Origin: Synechococcus sp.
Lineage (GTDB): Bacteria; Cyanobacteriota; Cyanobacteriia; Thermostichales; PCC-7336
DNA: 58,269 nt
Reading direction: 5' to 3'
NCBI GenBank assembly: GCA_051439425.1
Contig: JBFRWD010000141.1
Coordinates: 1-58,269 of the forward strand
Shown: positions 39,076-49,583 of the stretch, piece after piece
Numbering within the stretch: the stretch's first letter is position 1
How the letters are laid out: every line of letters starts with the position of its first letter
Position numbers and translations under genes: made by a program
Notes under the pieces: model-generated
The model's database searches: none
Seen by the model: only the letters and a program-made list of their open reading frames with translations
What the model was told of the DNA's origin: nothing

Positions 39076-41331
39076 ATGCCGATGAGTTCTTCTTCTTCCC
39101 GTCGTGCCCTAGTTGTTAGCCAAACTAGCGTTACCCCCTTCGGACGCAAACTGGTACAGATGGGTGTTGCCGATAACGCCCAAGTCCAGGCAGCTTTTGA
39201 TACGCACCACAAAACTGGTCGCGATTTGATGGCGGTGGTGGCAGAGGTCACAGGGAAAGACTTACCCCCGGATCTGCAGCGGTTGTACAAGCGGCAAGAG
39301 CTGTTTGAACTCAGCATCATTTACGGCCTTCAATCTCTCGATATTGCTCTAGCAGGGATCGACGTTGATGGTGTTCTGGCTCTGATCGATACATTATTGC
39401 CACTAGATACCTGTAACCGCTACAAAATGTGCCCTGTCTCTCAGGAGGGAGACGTGGTCACCGTTGCGATGGTGAACCCCGAAAACCTGCAGGCTATGGA
39501 CGACTTAAATCGTCGCCTGCGCTTACAAGGACTCAAACTGAAGCGAGTAGTTTTCGGCCCCGGAGACTTTGAAAACCTGTTGGACGACTGTCTTAATAAA
39601 CAGGCTGAATCTCTGGCTACAGGTAGTGGCAAGGAAGACTATGACGATGATGATGATTACGACGGCGATGACTACTACGATGACGACGAAGAAGAAGAAC
39701 TAGACGACGAGGAATTTGAAGACGAGGATATCGAAGTTACCGGTCGTCTGGAAGATATCGATCTGGATATTTCCGGATTAGAAGAAGGGGACGACGATGT
39801 TGGGGAGTCACTGGAATCGGCACTCCGATCGGCAGAAGGGGCTCCCATCATTAAATTAGCCAACCAAATTATGGTTAAGGCCCTCAAAGAAGGAGTATCC
39901 GATATTCACCTGGAACCCCAGGAAGAATACTTGCGGGTGCGCTTCCGACGAGATGGTGTTCTGCGCAAAGGTTTTGACAACCTGCCGAAGAAGATTACCT
40001 CCGCTCTAACCACGCGCTTCAAAATTCTGGCAGAGCTGGATATTGCCGAACGGCGTAAGCCTCAAGATGGCCGTATCCGAAGAATGTTCAAGCGCCGCAG
40101 AATTGACTTTCGCGTCAACGCTCTGCCCTCCCGCTATGGCGAGAAGATCGTTATGCGGATTCTGGATAACTCGTCTACCAAGTTAGGGCTCAATAAACTG
40201 ATTTCTGACCCCGATGTTCTATCCAGTTTCCGCGAAGTCATTCATCGTCCTTTCGGCCTCATTCTCGTAACGGGGCCAACCGGTTCCGGCAAAACCACCA
40301 GTTTGTACTCTGCTCTGGCGGAATTAAACAATCCGGGCATCAACATCAGTACGGCAGAAGACCCGGTCGAGTATTCCTTAAAAGGGGTAACCCAGGTTCA
40401 GGTATTACGCGAAAAGGGGATGGACTTTGCCAATATCCTGCGCGCTTTCCTGAGACAAGACCCCGATGTGATTCTGGTGGGTGAGACGCGAGATGTGGAG
40501 ACGGCAAAGACAGCGATTGAGGCATCCCTTACGGGTCACCTCGTATTGACCACACTGCACACCAACGATGCTCCTGGTGCAATTGTGCGCCTAACAGAAA
40601 TGGGGGTAGAGCCTTTCAACATCTCCAGTGCCCTATTAGGAGTACTGGCGCAGCGCCTCATGCGTCGAGTGTGCAATGAATGTCGCCAACCCTATCACCC
40701 CTCCCAGGAAGAACTGGCTCGTTACGGCCTAGTCGCAAACTTGACCGATCAAATTACCTTCTATCGTGCCAATGCCCTTACTCCGAAAGAGATTCGCGAG
40801 GCGCGCAAGAATCGGACCTTGTGTCGCAAGTGTAAAGGTGTGGGCTACAAAGGCCGCGTTGGCGTATATGAATTTATGCGCATGAATGAGAAATTGGCCA
40901 AGCTGATCAACCAAGAAGCCCCCACTGAAATGTTGAAGGAAGCGGCCGTTGAAAGTGGTATGGATACGCTGCTGACCTACAGTCTCAAGCTTGTTCAACA
41001 AGGCCACACCACGCTAGAAGAAGTCAATCGCGTGGTCTTGACCGACAAGGCATTGGATTCAGAACGCAAGCAGCGGGCTAAGCAATCTAGTAGCTGCCGA
41101 ACGTGCGGTGGGGAACTGCAGCCGGAGTTGATGAATTGTCCGTATTGCCTAACCCCTCGGTTCGAGTCTACTGGGGCTGTTGAAGATGAGGTGGACAATA
41201 CTGCATCAGTGGGAGGAGATGTGGACAATCCGGCTGAGTTTAACCCCACACCACCGCCTACTTCTGCCCCTTCAGCTCCGGCTGCTGCACAAAGTGCTCC
41301 CACTACGACTGCAGTAACTACCCAGAACTAA
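39076..41331 (+). CDS. pilB: Type IV pilus assembly ATPase PilB
   Basis: SDIHLEP, PQDGR, GPTGSGKT, AEDPVE, LRQDPDVILVGE, CxxC pairs, C-terminal zinc ribbon. Confidence 0.95.
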   Translation: MPMSSSSSRRALVVSQTSVTPFGRKLVQMGVADNAQVQAAFDTHHKTGRDLMAVVAEVTGKDLPPDLQRLYKRQELFELSIIYGLQSLDIALAGIDVDGVLALIDTLLPLDTCNRYKMCPVSQEGDVVTVAMVNPENLQAMDDLNRRLRLQGLKLKRVVFGPGDFENLLDDCLNKQAESLATGSGKEDYDDDDDYDGDDYYDDDEEEELDDEEFEDEDIEVTGRLEDIDLDISGLEEGDDDVGESLESALRSAEGAPIIKLANQIMVKALKEGVSDIHLEPQEEYLRVRFRRDGVLRKGFDNLPKKITSALTTRFKILAELDIAERRKPQDGRIRRMFKRRRIDFRVNALPSRYGEKIVMRILDNSSTKLGLNKLISDPDVLSSFREVIHRPFGLILVTGPTGSGKTTSLYSALAELNNPGINISTAEDPVEYSLKGVTQVQVLREKGMDFANILRAFLRQDPDVILVGETRDVETAKTAIEASLTGHLVLTTLHTNDAPGAIVRLTEMGVEPFNISSALLGVLAQRLMRRVCNECRQPYHPSQEELARYGLVANLTDQITFYRANALTPKEIREARKNRTLCRKCKGVGYKGRVGVYEFMRMNEKLAKLINQEAPTEMLKEAAVESGMDTLLTYSLKLVQQGHTTLEEVNRVVLTDKALDSERKQRAKQSSSCRTCGGELQPELMNCPYCLTPRFESTGAVEDEVDNTASVGGDVDNPAEFNPTPPPTSAPSAPAAAQSAPTTTAVTTQN

Positions 41332-41415
41332 GGCCGCCGCGATCGCTGTGCTGGCGATCTCGCCTTAACCCATCCTCACCCTTAACTAGCTCGCTAACCA
41401 GTAGGAGATTCGCTC

Positions 41416-42558
41416 ATGATGATGACGATTGAAGACCTCATGGAACTGACGGTTCAAAAGGGCGGCTCTGACTTACATATTTCAGCTGGATTACCTCCCT
41501 ACATTCGTGTCAGCGGTGAACTTGAGCCTGTGGGAGATGAGCACCTGACATCCGAGATGGTGCAGAAGCTGATTTTCAGCATGCTCAACAACACGCAGCG
41601 GAAGAATCTGGAGCAGAATTGGGAATTGGACTGCTCCTACGGGGTGCGGGGCATCGGCCGCTTTCGCGTGAATGTCTACAAAGAACGTGGAACCTACGCG
41701 GCAGCTCTACGAGCGCTATCCTCGGATATCCCCGATATCGATAAGCTTGGTCTGCCAGAACTGGTTAAAGAAATTGCTCAACGTCCCCGTGGATTGGTGC
41801 TGGTAACAGGGCCTACTGGTTCGGGTAAGTCTACAACGTTGGCGTCAATGTTGGACTTTATCAACCACACTCGAGCAGAACATATTCTGACGGTGGAAGA
41901 CCCGGTGGAATATGTCTACACACCTGACAAAAGCATCATCCACCAGCGTCAATTGGGCGAGGATACGCGCAGCTTTGCCAATGCCTTGAAAGCGTCTCTA
42001 CGTGAAGATCCTGACGTGATTCTAGTTGGGGAACTGCGGGATTTAGACACCATTCAATTGGCCATTACAGCAGCAGAAACCGGTCACTTAGTGTTCGGTA
42101 CGTTGCACACCTCGTCAGCAGCCCAGACGGTTGACAGGATGGTTGATGTGTTTTCCCCCGAACAACAGCAGCAGGTGCGCGTACAGCTGTCCAACTCTCT
42201 GGTTGCTGTTTTTGCCCAGACGCTGGTGCCCAAAGCTAACCCCAAGCCTGGGGAATACGGACGAGTCTTGGCCCAAGAGCTAATGATCGTGACACCTGCG
42301 ATCGCCAACCTGATTCGAGAAGGGAAAACCTCCCAGATTTACTCCGCAATCCAAACCGGAGGCAAGTTGGGAATGCAAACGTTGGAGAAAGTGCTGGCAG
42401 AGCAATATCACAATGGGCTGATTTCGTTCGATAGCGCTATGTCCAAGACTTCGCGCCCAGATGAACTCGGCCGCTTATTGGGAGGTTCTGGATCCCTCCA
42501 GCAAGGTCGAGCTGGACAGCAACCCGTGGCCGGTAGACGCCCCATGGCGCGCCGATAG
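41416..42558 (+). CDS. pilT: Type IV pilus retraction ATPase PilT
   Basis: SDLH, GPTGSGKS, EDPVE, LREDPD, AIANLIRE, GMQT. Confidence 0.96.
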   Translation: MMMTIEDLMELTVQKGGSDLHISAGLPPYIRVSGELEPVGDEHLTSEMVQKLIFSMLNNTQRKNLEQNWELDCSYGVRGIGRFRVNVYKERGTYAAALRALSSDIPDIDKLGLPELVKEIAQRPRGLVLVTGPTGSGKSTTLASMLDFINHTRAEHILTVEDPVEYVYTPDKSIIHQRQLGEDTRSFANALKASLREDPDVILVGELRDLDTIQLAITAAETGHLVFGTLHTSSAAQTVDRMVDVFSPEQQQQVRVQLSNSLVAVFAQTLVPKANPKPGEYGRVLAQELMIVTPAIANLIREGKTSQIYSAIQTGGKLGMQTLEKVLAEQYHNGLISFDSAMSKTSRPDELGRLLGGSGSLQQGRAGQQPVAGRRPMARR

Positions 42559-42772
42559 TCTCGAATACGGGAATTTAGTGACTAAATCTCGAATCGTTAC
42601 TGGCCCTCAACAATTGCTCATCGGGATCTCTTATTGCCTCAAGCTGGGCAAGCTGAGTACAGGTTCGTGGTTACACCTGTAGTGTTTTGCAACCGTAAAA
42701 CCAGCACATATCGTCTGTTGCCACTGCCGTTGAGGTGCTTTTCTTCGTATCTAGGGTTTTGGGATAACGCTC

Positions 42773-43987
42773 ATGCCACAGTTTAAGGTGCAGGGACTAC
42801 AAGCGGGTCGTCCTGTCACGCAAAAGGTTAAAGCAGCTTCTGTGGATGAAGCTCGTCAGATGCTGCGTCGCAGCGGTGTCTACGTTCGCGATATCAGCGA
42901 AGTGAAGGGTGGACTGGACTTCGGCAATCTTGAAATGTCGATGGCTTCTATCAAAACGCGTGACAAGGCCGTTTTTTCCCGACAATTTGCTGCGCTCATT
43001 AATGCAGGTGTATCGATGGTGCGATCGCTCACCATCATGTCGGAACAAACCGACAATCCCAAGTTGAGAAAGTATTTGACAACCGTTAAGGCAGAGGTCG
43101 AACAGGGCAAAAACCTCTCAGATGCGATTCGCCGCTATCCTGATGCGTTCGATGGTCTGTACTGTGCCATGGTGCAGGCAGGAGAAGTGGGTGGTGTTCT
43201 GGATGAAGTCTTGCAAAGATTGGCCAAATTACTGGAAGACGTTGATAAATTGCAGCGCCAAATCAAGTCTGCAATGACCTATCCAGTCACCGTTTTAATT
43301 CTGGCAGTTGCCGTGTTTTTAGGGATGGTTATTTTCATCCTGCCAACATTTGAAGGTATCTACGAAGAGCTTGGTGGAGAACTTCCTGCATTTACCCAAT
43401 TCTTTCTGACGATTAGCGAGATTCTCAGAACACCGGTGATTATGGTGGGTGTTGTCGTAGCCTTTGTTTCACTGTCGTTTGCCTTTACCCAGTACTATCG
43501 CACTCCTGCTGGCCGCGAAACAATTGATGCTCTGTCTCTCAAGGCTCCTCTCTTTGGCGATCTGATCAAAAAGAGTTCCGTTGCGCGTTTCTGCCGTACC
43601 TTCGGCGCTCTATCCCGTTCTGGTGTTCCTATTTTGACCACCATGGAAATTGTTCGAGATACCGCAGGAAACCGAGTGATTGCTAATGCTGTTGACTCTT
43701 CCCGGCAAGCAATTTCTGCCGGAAACCCTATTGCACCAGCACTGGGAGATGCCAATGTATTCCCGATCATGGCCATCCAAATGATTAGCGTTGGTGAGGA
43801 AACGGGAGAATTGGACCAGATGTTAATGAAAACAGCTGATTTCTACGAGCTAGAAGTAGAAGAAGCGGTCAAATCTCTGACTAGTTTAATGGAACCGATT
43901 ATGATTGCCGTGCTGGGCGGTATGGTGGGTTGTATCATCATTGCGATGTACATGCCCATGTTCCAAATTTTCGAGTTGGTTCAGTAA
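42773..43987 (+). CDS. pilC: Type IV pilus platform protein PilC
   Basis: FSRQFA.L..AGV, GEVGG.LD, SAMTYP, GEETGELD, SLMEP, MYMPMF. Confidence 0.95.
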   Translation: MPQFKVQGLQAGRPVTQKVKAASVDEARQMLRRSGVYVRDISEVKGGLDFGNLEMSMASIKTRDKAVFSRQFAALINAGVSMVRSLTIMSEQTDNPKLRKYLTTVKAEVEQGKNLSDAIRRYPDAFDGLYCAMVQAGEVGGVLDEVLQRLAKLLEDVDKLQRQIKSAMTYPVTVLILAVAVFLGMVIFILPTFEGIYEELGGELPAFTQFFLTISEILRTPVIMVGVVVAFVSLSFAFTQYYRTPAGRETIDALSLKAPLFGDLIKKSSVARFCRTFGALSRSGVPILTTMEIVRDTAGNRVIANAVDSSRQAISAGNPIAPALGDANVFPIMAIQMISVGEETGELDQMLMKTADFYELEVEEAVKSLTSLMEPIMIAVLGGMVGCIIIAMYMPMFQIFELVQ

Positions 43988-44040
43988 GCCAATCCGGCAC
44001 TTGAAAACTCAAGTCTTAACAACTCTAAGTCTCAACTCAA

Positions 44041-44065
44041 AAGGAGGGCTATTTCAGCCCTCCTT
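44041..44065. terminator. Probably bidirectional terminator between pilC and hemE
   Basis: Perfect 10-bp stem AAGGAGGGCT-ATTTC-AGCCCTCCTT between convergent genes. Confidence 0.7.
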
Positions 44066-44126
44066 ATTCTATGTTTTACCTGGGCAACCTTTGTGACTTC
44101 AACAAAGAAGCAAAGAAGAGCAGTGG

Positions 44127-45191
44127 TTAGCTGCCGTAGGAGAACGACTGCACCGTATCGAAGAAGTGGCGGACATTATCTTCAGGAGTGGTGCGATGGA
44201 TGCCGTGACCGAGGTTCATAATATGACCAGTGGGGCCAGCTTTGCGGATAACGTCGAGGGTGCGATCGCGAATTAAGTCCTTGCTGCCCAGCAGAACCAT
44301 CGGATCGAGGTTTCCTTGAACGGCGATATTAGAACCCAGACGCTGACGAGCTTCACCAATGTCGGAGAGCCAATCGACACTGAACACATCTACACCAGAC
44401 TTGCCTACACGCTCCAGTAGCGCCCCACTACCGTTGATGTAGAGCACCAGCGGAGTATCAGGATGGACAGCTTTCACTTGCTGAACGATGCGCTGCTCGT
44501 AGGGCAGAGCAAACGTTTCGTAGTCAGTGGGGTGCAGTTGACCGGCCCAGGTGTCGAACATTTGCACGACTTGAGCACCGCATTCGATTTGGTAGATGAC
44601 GTACTTAGCGATGGAGTCAGCTAATTTGCCCAGCAACTGGTGCAAAATTTCGGGAGAGGCATAGGCCATCTCTTTGATGACAGCATAGTCTTTGGAGCTT
44701 TTGCCTTCGACGGCATAGGCAGCGAGAGTCCAGGGAGCACCGACGAAGCCCAGCAAGGTGGCGCGATCGCCGATTTCACGACGCAAGGTACCCAGAATTT
44801 CTTTGATGAACGGCAAGCTTTCTTCGGGATCTAGTTCACGAACGGCATCCACCTGAGCTTGAGTGCGGATGGGCGGATCGATGATGGGACCAACGCTTTC
44901 TACTAAATCGAAGGGAATGCCCATGCCATCTAGGGGAGTGAGGATGTCGGAAAACATAATCACACCGTCGGGCTGAAACGCTCGGAAGGGTTGAAGAGAA
45001 ATTTCAACCGCCAGATCGGGGTTCTCGCAACGCTCTTTAAAGCTGTACTTGTCACGCAGTACGCGATATTCCGCCATGTATCGACCCGCTTGACGCATCA
45101 TCCACACAGGGGGACGGTCAACAGCTTCGCCACGAGCTGCGCGCAACAGGCGATCGCCCATGACAGGAGGGGCGGAAACAGAATTTGTCAT
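44127..45191 (-). CDS. hemE: Uroporphyrinogen decarboxylase
   Basis: [35 protein letters not shown]. Confidence 0.97.
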   Translation of the reverse strand: MTNSVSAPPVMGDRLLRAARGEAVDRPPVWMMRQAGRYMAEYRVLRDKYSFKERCENPDLAVEISLQPFRAFQPDGVIMFSDILTPLDGMGIPFDLVESVGPIIDPPIRTQAQVDAVRELDPEESLPFIKEILGTLRREIGDRATLLGFVGAPWTLAAYAVEGKSSKDYAVIKEMAYASPEILHQLLGKLADSIAKYVIYQIECGAQVVQMFDTWAGQLHPTDYETFALPYEQRIVQQVKAVHPDTPLVLYINGSGALLERVGKSGVDVFSVDWLSDIGEARQRLGSNIAVQGNLDPMVLLGSKDLIRDRTLDVIRKAGPTGHIMNLGHGIHRTTPEDNVRHFFDTVQSFSYGS

Positions 45192-45231
45192 TGCTAAATC
45201 TAAACTCGTCTGACGTTTGTAAAAACTTAAG

Positions 45232-45271
45232 AAAGCTAACCCCGATCTTAAAGCACTGAGGGGTTAGCTTT
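45232..45271. promoter_or_regulatory. 12-bp inverted repeat upstream of hemE (terminator, attenuator or operator)
   Basis: AAAGCTAACCCC-16 nt-GGGGTTAGCTTT. Confidence 0.5.
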
Positions 45272-45320
45272 TCCCTTACGGTGATTGCAAATTGTGAAGC
45301 TGTGTGGGGCCATTGATGGC

Positions 45321-45482
45321 CATTCAGTTGGAAACGCTCGGTTCGGGCCGCCCCGCCTTTAGGAGATAGCTTAGTTGAACCGAATGTCCGAGCTGAATCC
45401 TAAGGCGGAGACGAAACAACCGCTCAACGAATGAATACAACGTACGTCCCGAAAGACGACCTGCTTTAACAGAGAGCAGTAC
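45321..45482 (-). ncRNA. Candidate structured RNA between grxD and hemE
   Basis: Hand folding of the minus strand gives a ~113-nt rod (45321-45433) plus two small hairpins, one with a UUCG loop. No family recognised. Confidence 0.35.
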
Positions 45483-45505
45483 CTGACAGAGAACCTTACC
45501 AGCGA

Positions 45506-45838
45506 TCAAGCTGTGGCACCTTCAACAGCAGCCTTGACCAGAGGCTCTAACTCTCCCCGCTGATACATTTCGAGAGTGATATCACACCCACCGATGAATT
45601 CGCCGTCTACATATACTTGGGGGATGGTAGGCCAATTGGAAAAGCTCTTAATGCCCTGACGGATCTCGTTGTCGTCCAATACATTGACGGTTTCGTAGGG
45701 ATACCCCATACGCTGAAACACTTGAATGGTGGCTGAGGAAAACCCACACTGAGGAAATTCGGGGGTGCCCTTCATGTAAATCATGACCTTGTTGTCAGTA
45801 ATCTGCTGTTGAATAACATCGTTAATGGCTTGGCTCAT
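45506..45838 (-). CDS. grxD: Monothiol glutaredoxin (Grx4/GrxD)
   Basis: MKGTP.FPQCGFS, WPTIPQ, GGCDI. Confidence 0.96.
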   Translation of the reverse strand: MSQAINDVIQQQITDNKVMIYMKGTPEFPQCGFSSATIQVFQRMGYPYETVNVLDDNEIRQGIKSFSNWPTIPQVYVDGEFIGGCDITLEMYQRGELEPLVKAAVEGATA

Positions 45839-45995
45839 GCTTGAGTCTCCGCGGAAGCAAGTAAATGGTTGAGGGTAGAACCGCTATTCAATCGCTGTGA
45901 TTGATGAAAGCGCACGTTTCATTGTATGCAAGACTTGCTAATTGTTAATTGACAGTATGCGATAGCTCTCTTTTCTGAAGAAGAGAGCAATAGGA

Positions 45996-46523
45996 TTGGT
46001 CGGTCGAAGGGGAATTGATGAGATGGAAACAATTCGCCTATCGCAGTTGGGACTGGAGAATCTGGACGAACTAGAGCAACTGGAAGCACTGTGTTTGAAA
46101 GCTTGGACGCGAGATGGGCTGAAGGTAGAACTAACGCGACCTCCTAGAGATCCGATCGATCCCGATCGCCCTAGCTCGTATGTTGTTGGCGCTTGGCTAG
46201 ACAATCTCCCCCCTAAACTGGTCGGTTTCGCAGCCTTATGGGCTATTGGAGAAGAGGCCCACATCATTACGTTGGGCGTTCATCCTGATTGGCAACGGCG
46301 AGGAATTGGAAGTCAGCTGGTCAAGCAATTGCTTCAGGTGGCAGTAGAACAGCAGTTAGGGTGGGCAACTCTGGAGGTCAGAGTGTCGAATCAAGAGGCG
46401 ATCGCTCTCTACGAATCTCTGGGATTTACGTCAGTGGGACGCCGAAAAAGGTACTACAGCAACCCGGAAGAGGATGGACTCATTCTCTGGAGGCGGTTGG
46501 GAACAGCCTGTAAAGGTGATTAG
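45996..46523 (+). CDS. rimI: Ribosomal-protein N-acetyltransferase RimI
   Basis: EAHIITLGVHP..QRRGIG, TLEVRVSN..AI.LY..LGF...GRRKRYY..P.ED. Confidence 0.9.
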   Translation: MVGRRGIDEMETIRLSQLGLENLDELEQLEALCLKAWTRDGLKVELTRPPRDPIDPDRPSSYVVGAWLDNLPPKLVGFAALWAIGEEAHIITLGVHPDWQRRGIGSQLVKQLLQVAVEQQLGWATLEVRVSNQEAIALYESLGFTSVGRRKRYYSNPEEDGLILWRRLGTACKGD

Positions 46524-47725
46524 GTAGAAAATGTGGCTCCTCTGCGATTCTGCCGCAACGCTTGCACGGTGCTAACAACGCAGGCTGCTATTGCGTCAAT
46601 ATCCTCCGCTGTCATGTTTCGCTCCAGACCAAATCGTAATGATGCTTGGGCCAGGTCGGGCGATCGCCCCAGCGCAGTGAGGACGTGGGAGGGCTGGGGA
46701 TTAGTGGAACTGCAGGCAGAACCGGTGGAGACCGCTACCGTGTTGCGAATACCTAACATGAGGGCAGAGCTGTTGACGCCCGCAATGCTGACGTTGAGGT
46801 TATTGGCCAAGCGAGGGGATGAAGAGCCATTGAGATAGATATCGGGAAGTTGGTCGGCCAGGACACGCCACAGACGTTCGCGTAAACCTGTCAAACGTGC
46901 TGTGTCTGTTGCCATCCGCTCCAGTCCCAGCTCTACTGCTTTGGCGAATCCGACGATGAGAGGGGGGTTGAGGGTGCCAGAACGGCGATCGCGTTCTTGG
47001 CCACCTCCGTGTAATTGTGGCGCGAGAACAATGTGAGGATGGCGACGACGAATGTAGAGGGCCCCCACCCCCTTGGGCCCGTAAAGTTTATGAGCAGTTA
47101 GGGAAGCCAAGTCAAGACCGAGGGCTTCAACATCAAGGGGGATTTTCCCTAAGGCTTGAGCCGCATCGGTATGAAACGGTATCTTGCGCCCAAACTCCTC
47201 CTGTTTATCTGCGAGCAGGGCGGCGATCTTTCTCAAGGGTTGCAGTACCCCAATTTCGTTGTTGGCCGCCATCACCGACACTAAAATCGTGTCAGGCCTG
47301 ACTGCTTGCAGTAACTCGTCGAGATTGAGAAGACCATCGGGCTGAACGGGTAAGACCGTGACGTCAAACCCCAATGTTTCCAGATAATGCAAAGGAGCAA
47401 GAACCGCGTTGTGCTCGGTCGCTACGGTAACGATGTGTCTGCCAACAGCCAAAGATGTTTCTGCAATCCCTTTTATGGCTAGATTATTGGCTTCGGTAGC
47501 TCCACTGGTGAAGACAATTTCGCTGGGGGCGGCATTGATGGAAGACGCAACGATCGTGCGCGCACGATCGATGGCGGCTTGAGCCATCCAACCGTAGACG
47601 TGAGAGTTACTGGAGGGATTGCCGAAACGCTCGCCAAAGTAAGGCAGCATGGCATCCAACACCAGTGGGTCAATCGGTGTGGTGGCATTGCAATCGCAGT
47701 AGATAGGCAATTGGGACGATGCCAT
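46520..47725 (-). CDS. iscS: Cysteine desulfurase (IscS/NifS group I)
   Basis: NATT, FTSGATE, HTDAAQ, AHKLYGPKGVG, STGSACS. Confidence 0.93.
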   Translation of the reverse strand: MASSQLPIYCDCNATTPIDPLVLDAMLPYFGERFGNPSSNSHVYGWMAQAAIDRARTIVASSINAAPSEIVFTSGATEANNLAIKGIAETSLAVGRHIVTVATEHNAVLAPLHYLETLGFDVTVLPVQPDGLLNLDELLQAVRPDTILVSVMAANNEIGVLQPLRKIAALLADKQEEFGRKIPFHTDAAQALGKIPLDVEALGLDLASLTAHKLYGPKGVGALYIRRRHPHIVLAPQLHGGGQERDRRSGTLNPPLIVGFAKAVELGLERMATDTARLTGLRERLWRVLADQLPDIYLNGSSSPRLANNLNVSIAGVNSSALMLGIRNTVAVSTGSACSSTNPQPSHVLTALGRSPDLAQASLRFGLERNMTAEDIDAIAACVVSTVQALRQNRRGATFST

Positions 47726-47787
47726 AGCGTTGCTGAGTAGCGTTACTCTATGTCTACTCTACTCAGAGACATATAAGAGTTAATGGC

Positions 47788-48750
47788 TTAGTGCGCACTA
47801 GCGGTTTCGCGACGAGCAGCTTGCAAGCGATTGTAGGCACGTTCCCGCTCGCGACTGATTTGACTGACTAAACCATCGGGCATCATGTCAGCACTTTCAA
47901 GCGATCGATCGAAAGCAGCAACACTCTCCTCATAACGATTGAGCTTGCGTAGCAGTTGTGCCTGGAGATAGTAATGCTCGGGATGCTCGCAGCCACTGCC
48001 GAGCGCTCGTTCGATCGCATCAAGACCTTCCGTGTACTGACCCATATCCCGATAGGTAAGTGCTTGCCCCCAATCCGCCATGTGCTGGGGGGAGCTGGCA
48101 GCTTGAAACTGTGCAAGAGCGCGATCGTGACGCGTCATCATCAAATCAATGAATCCAACAAAGAAGTTCACTTCGGAGTCATTGGGGGCCAGCTGCTGAG
48201 CCGTACGAAATTCGGCAAACATCGTGTTGATACTGGGTAAGGCCTGCGGCAATCCCACCGCAATCCCCTCGTTAACCACCAGTGTGGCTGCCCTCATGCC
48301 ATTGCCTACACCAGTGTAGAGGTGACTGCGTAGCGGATCGCTCCCCTTCAAATTGGCTGCTGCATCCAGGGTTAACCCGGTCATTTCTCGAATGGTATCG
48401 TAGTCTTCATTCATGTATGCCAAGGCGGAGTAGGCAACGTAGACCATAGGCTCTTCGGGGGCCACCGAGCGAGCGTCTCCCAGTTGCTGAGCCAATGTTA
48501 CATAGTCTCCGTTGCAGAAAAACGTGTTCATGGCTCGAGCAATTTCTGGCGCCATATCGCGAGCATCAGTCCCTGCCCGAAAGGGATCGGTATCTTCTGC
48601 AGTCAGTCCTGGCTTCGCGAAGGCATTGCCCTGGAGGGCGATCGCCACTCCCAAACCAGCCGCGAGTGAAATGGGCTTCCACAGGGGTTGCACGATATTG
48701 CGAACTTTTGAGACGTTCGCACCTCTAGATACATGTCCGAACACTGACAA
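47788..48750 (-). CDS. Exported TPR-repeat protein (Sll0314/Alr1548-like); start uncertain
   Basis: Signal-like segment, DPFR, DPLRSHLY..VG, TPR-like helices (YYLQAQLL). Confidence 0.7.
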   Translation of the reverse strand: MSVFGHVSRGANVSKVRNIVQPLWKPISLAAGLGVAIALQGNAFAKPGLTAEDTDPFRAGTDARDMAPEIARAMNTFFCNGDYVTLAQQLGDARSVAPEEPMVYVAYSALAYMNEDYDTIREMTGLTLDAAANLKGSDPLRSHLYTGVGNGMRAATLVVNEGIAVGLPQALPSINTMFAEFRTAQQLAPNDSEVNFFVGFIDLMMTRHDRALAQFQAASSPQHMADWGQALTYRDMGQYTEGLDAIERALGSGCEHPEHYYLQAQLLRKLNRYEESVAAFDRSLESADMMPDGLVSQISRERERAYNRLQAARRETASAH

Positions 48751-49401
48751 AACACCATCAACGAAACGTCTGAGGGTATGAACACGCGGCCTTTAAAGAC
48801 TCATCTGGCGAATTCATGTCTCCATTCAGTTCCCGCTTTCCTAACCGGGCTAGTCGGAAACAAACACCTTTTCTGAAGAACCGTTACACGACCTATCAAA
48901 GTGGATGGAGTCACTTGACTGGAATCGTCAAACTGGGCTGTTGCCGTTCCTTATTCGAACAACGCAGCTCAGGTGACGATTGACCTACCGTGCACGCTAT
49001 CAGCAAAACCATAAATGTCGCATGGCGATCGAGTCCTAAATTTGTTGCCACAGTGAGCAGTCAACATTGCCCTAACATTGCCGCAAAGGGGCATTTAGCT
49101 AGTATCACTTGTCACTATCATTGATGTAATCGTATCAAAGCCCTCTAAAGCACACAGATTTTCGTTCGAAACTTTACGGATCGAGAAGTTCTCAGAAAGC
49201 GGAAACAAGCGGAAAAGCGTTAGCAGAACGGTCTTGAGGAATGAGAACAAGATTGAAATGGGGAGGAGCAATCTCCCTCTCCAGACACATGAGTGAGCAA
49301 AAGAGCGATCCGGGTTTGGCTCTTATGCTCTGGACTGCGTGTTCACTGTTGATAGGGGTTATCTTGCAGAATTGGGCTGTATGGAATCTTGAATAAATCC
49401 A

Positions 49402-49533
49402 ACCTGAGTTCAATAGCCCTTATCCCTAACCCTTCTCCCACATTGGGAGGAGGGAGCAATAGACTTCAACCCTAATAGTCTCGTCAATCTATGAAGCGAA
49501 TATCCTACTCAAGTTGCTTTGTCGAACTGGTGT
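49402..49533. mobile_element. MITE/REP-like element, family B copy 2
   Basis: ACCTGAGTTCAATAGCCCTTATCCCTAACCCTTCTCCCACATTGGGAGGAGGG... with a degenerate inverted end GTCGAACTGGTGT; homologous to 17717-17832. Confidence 0.65.
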
Positions 49534-49583
49534 TAATCCAAAATAATTGAAAACATCATTCCAGCCACTATTCAGAGTGCAAT

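Noticed and set aside
45324..45509. 61-aa ORF overlapping the grxD stop codon
   Set aside because: TTG start and no recognisable motif; the region is better explained by RNA secondary structure. Not fully excluded.
49195..49220. Yfr2-like GGAAACA motif
   Set aside because: Only one full GGAAACA copy and no conserved Yfr2 5' sequence.
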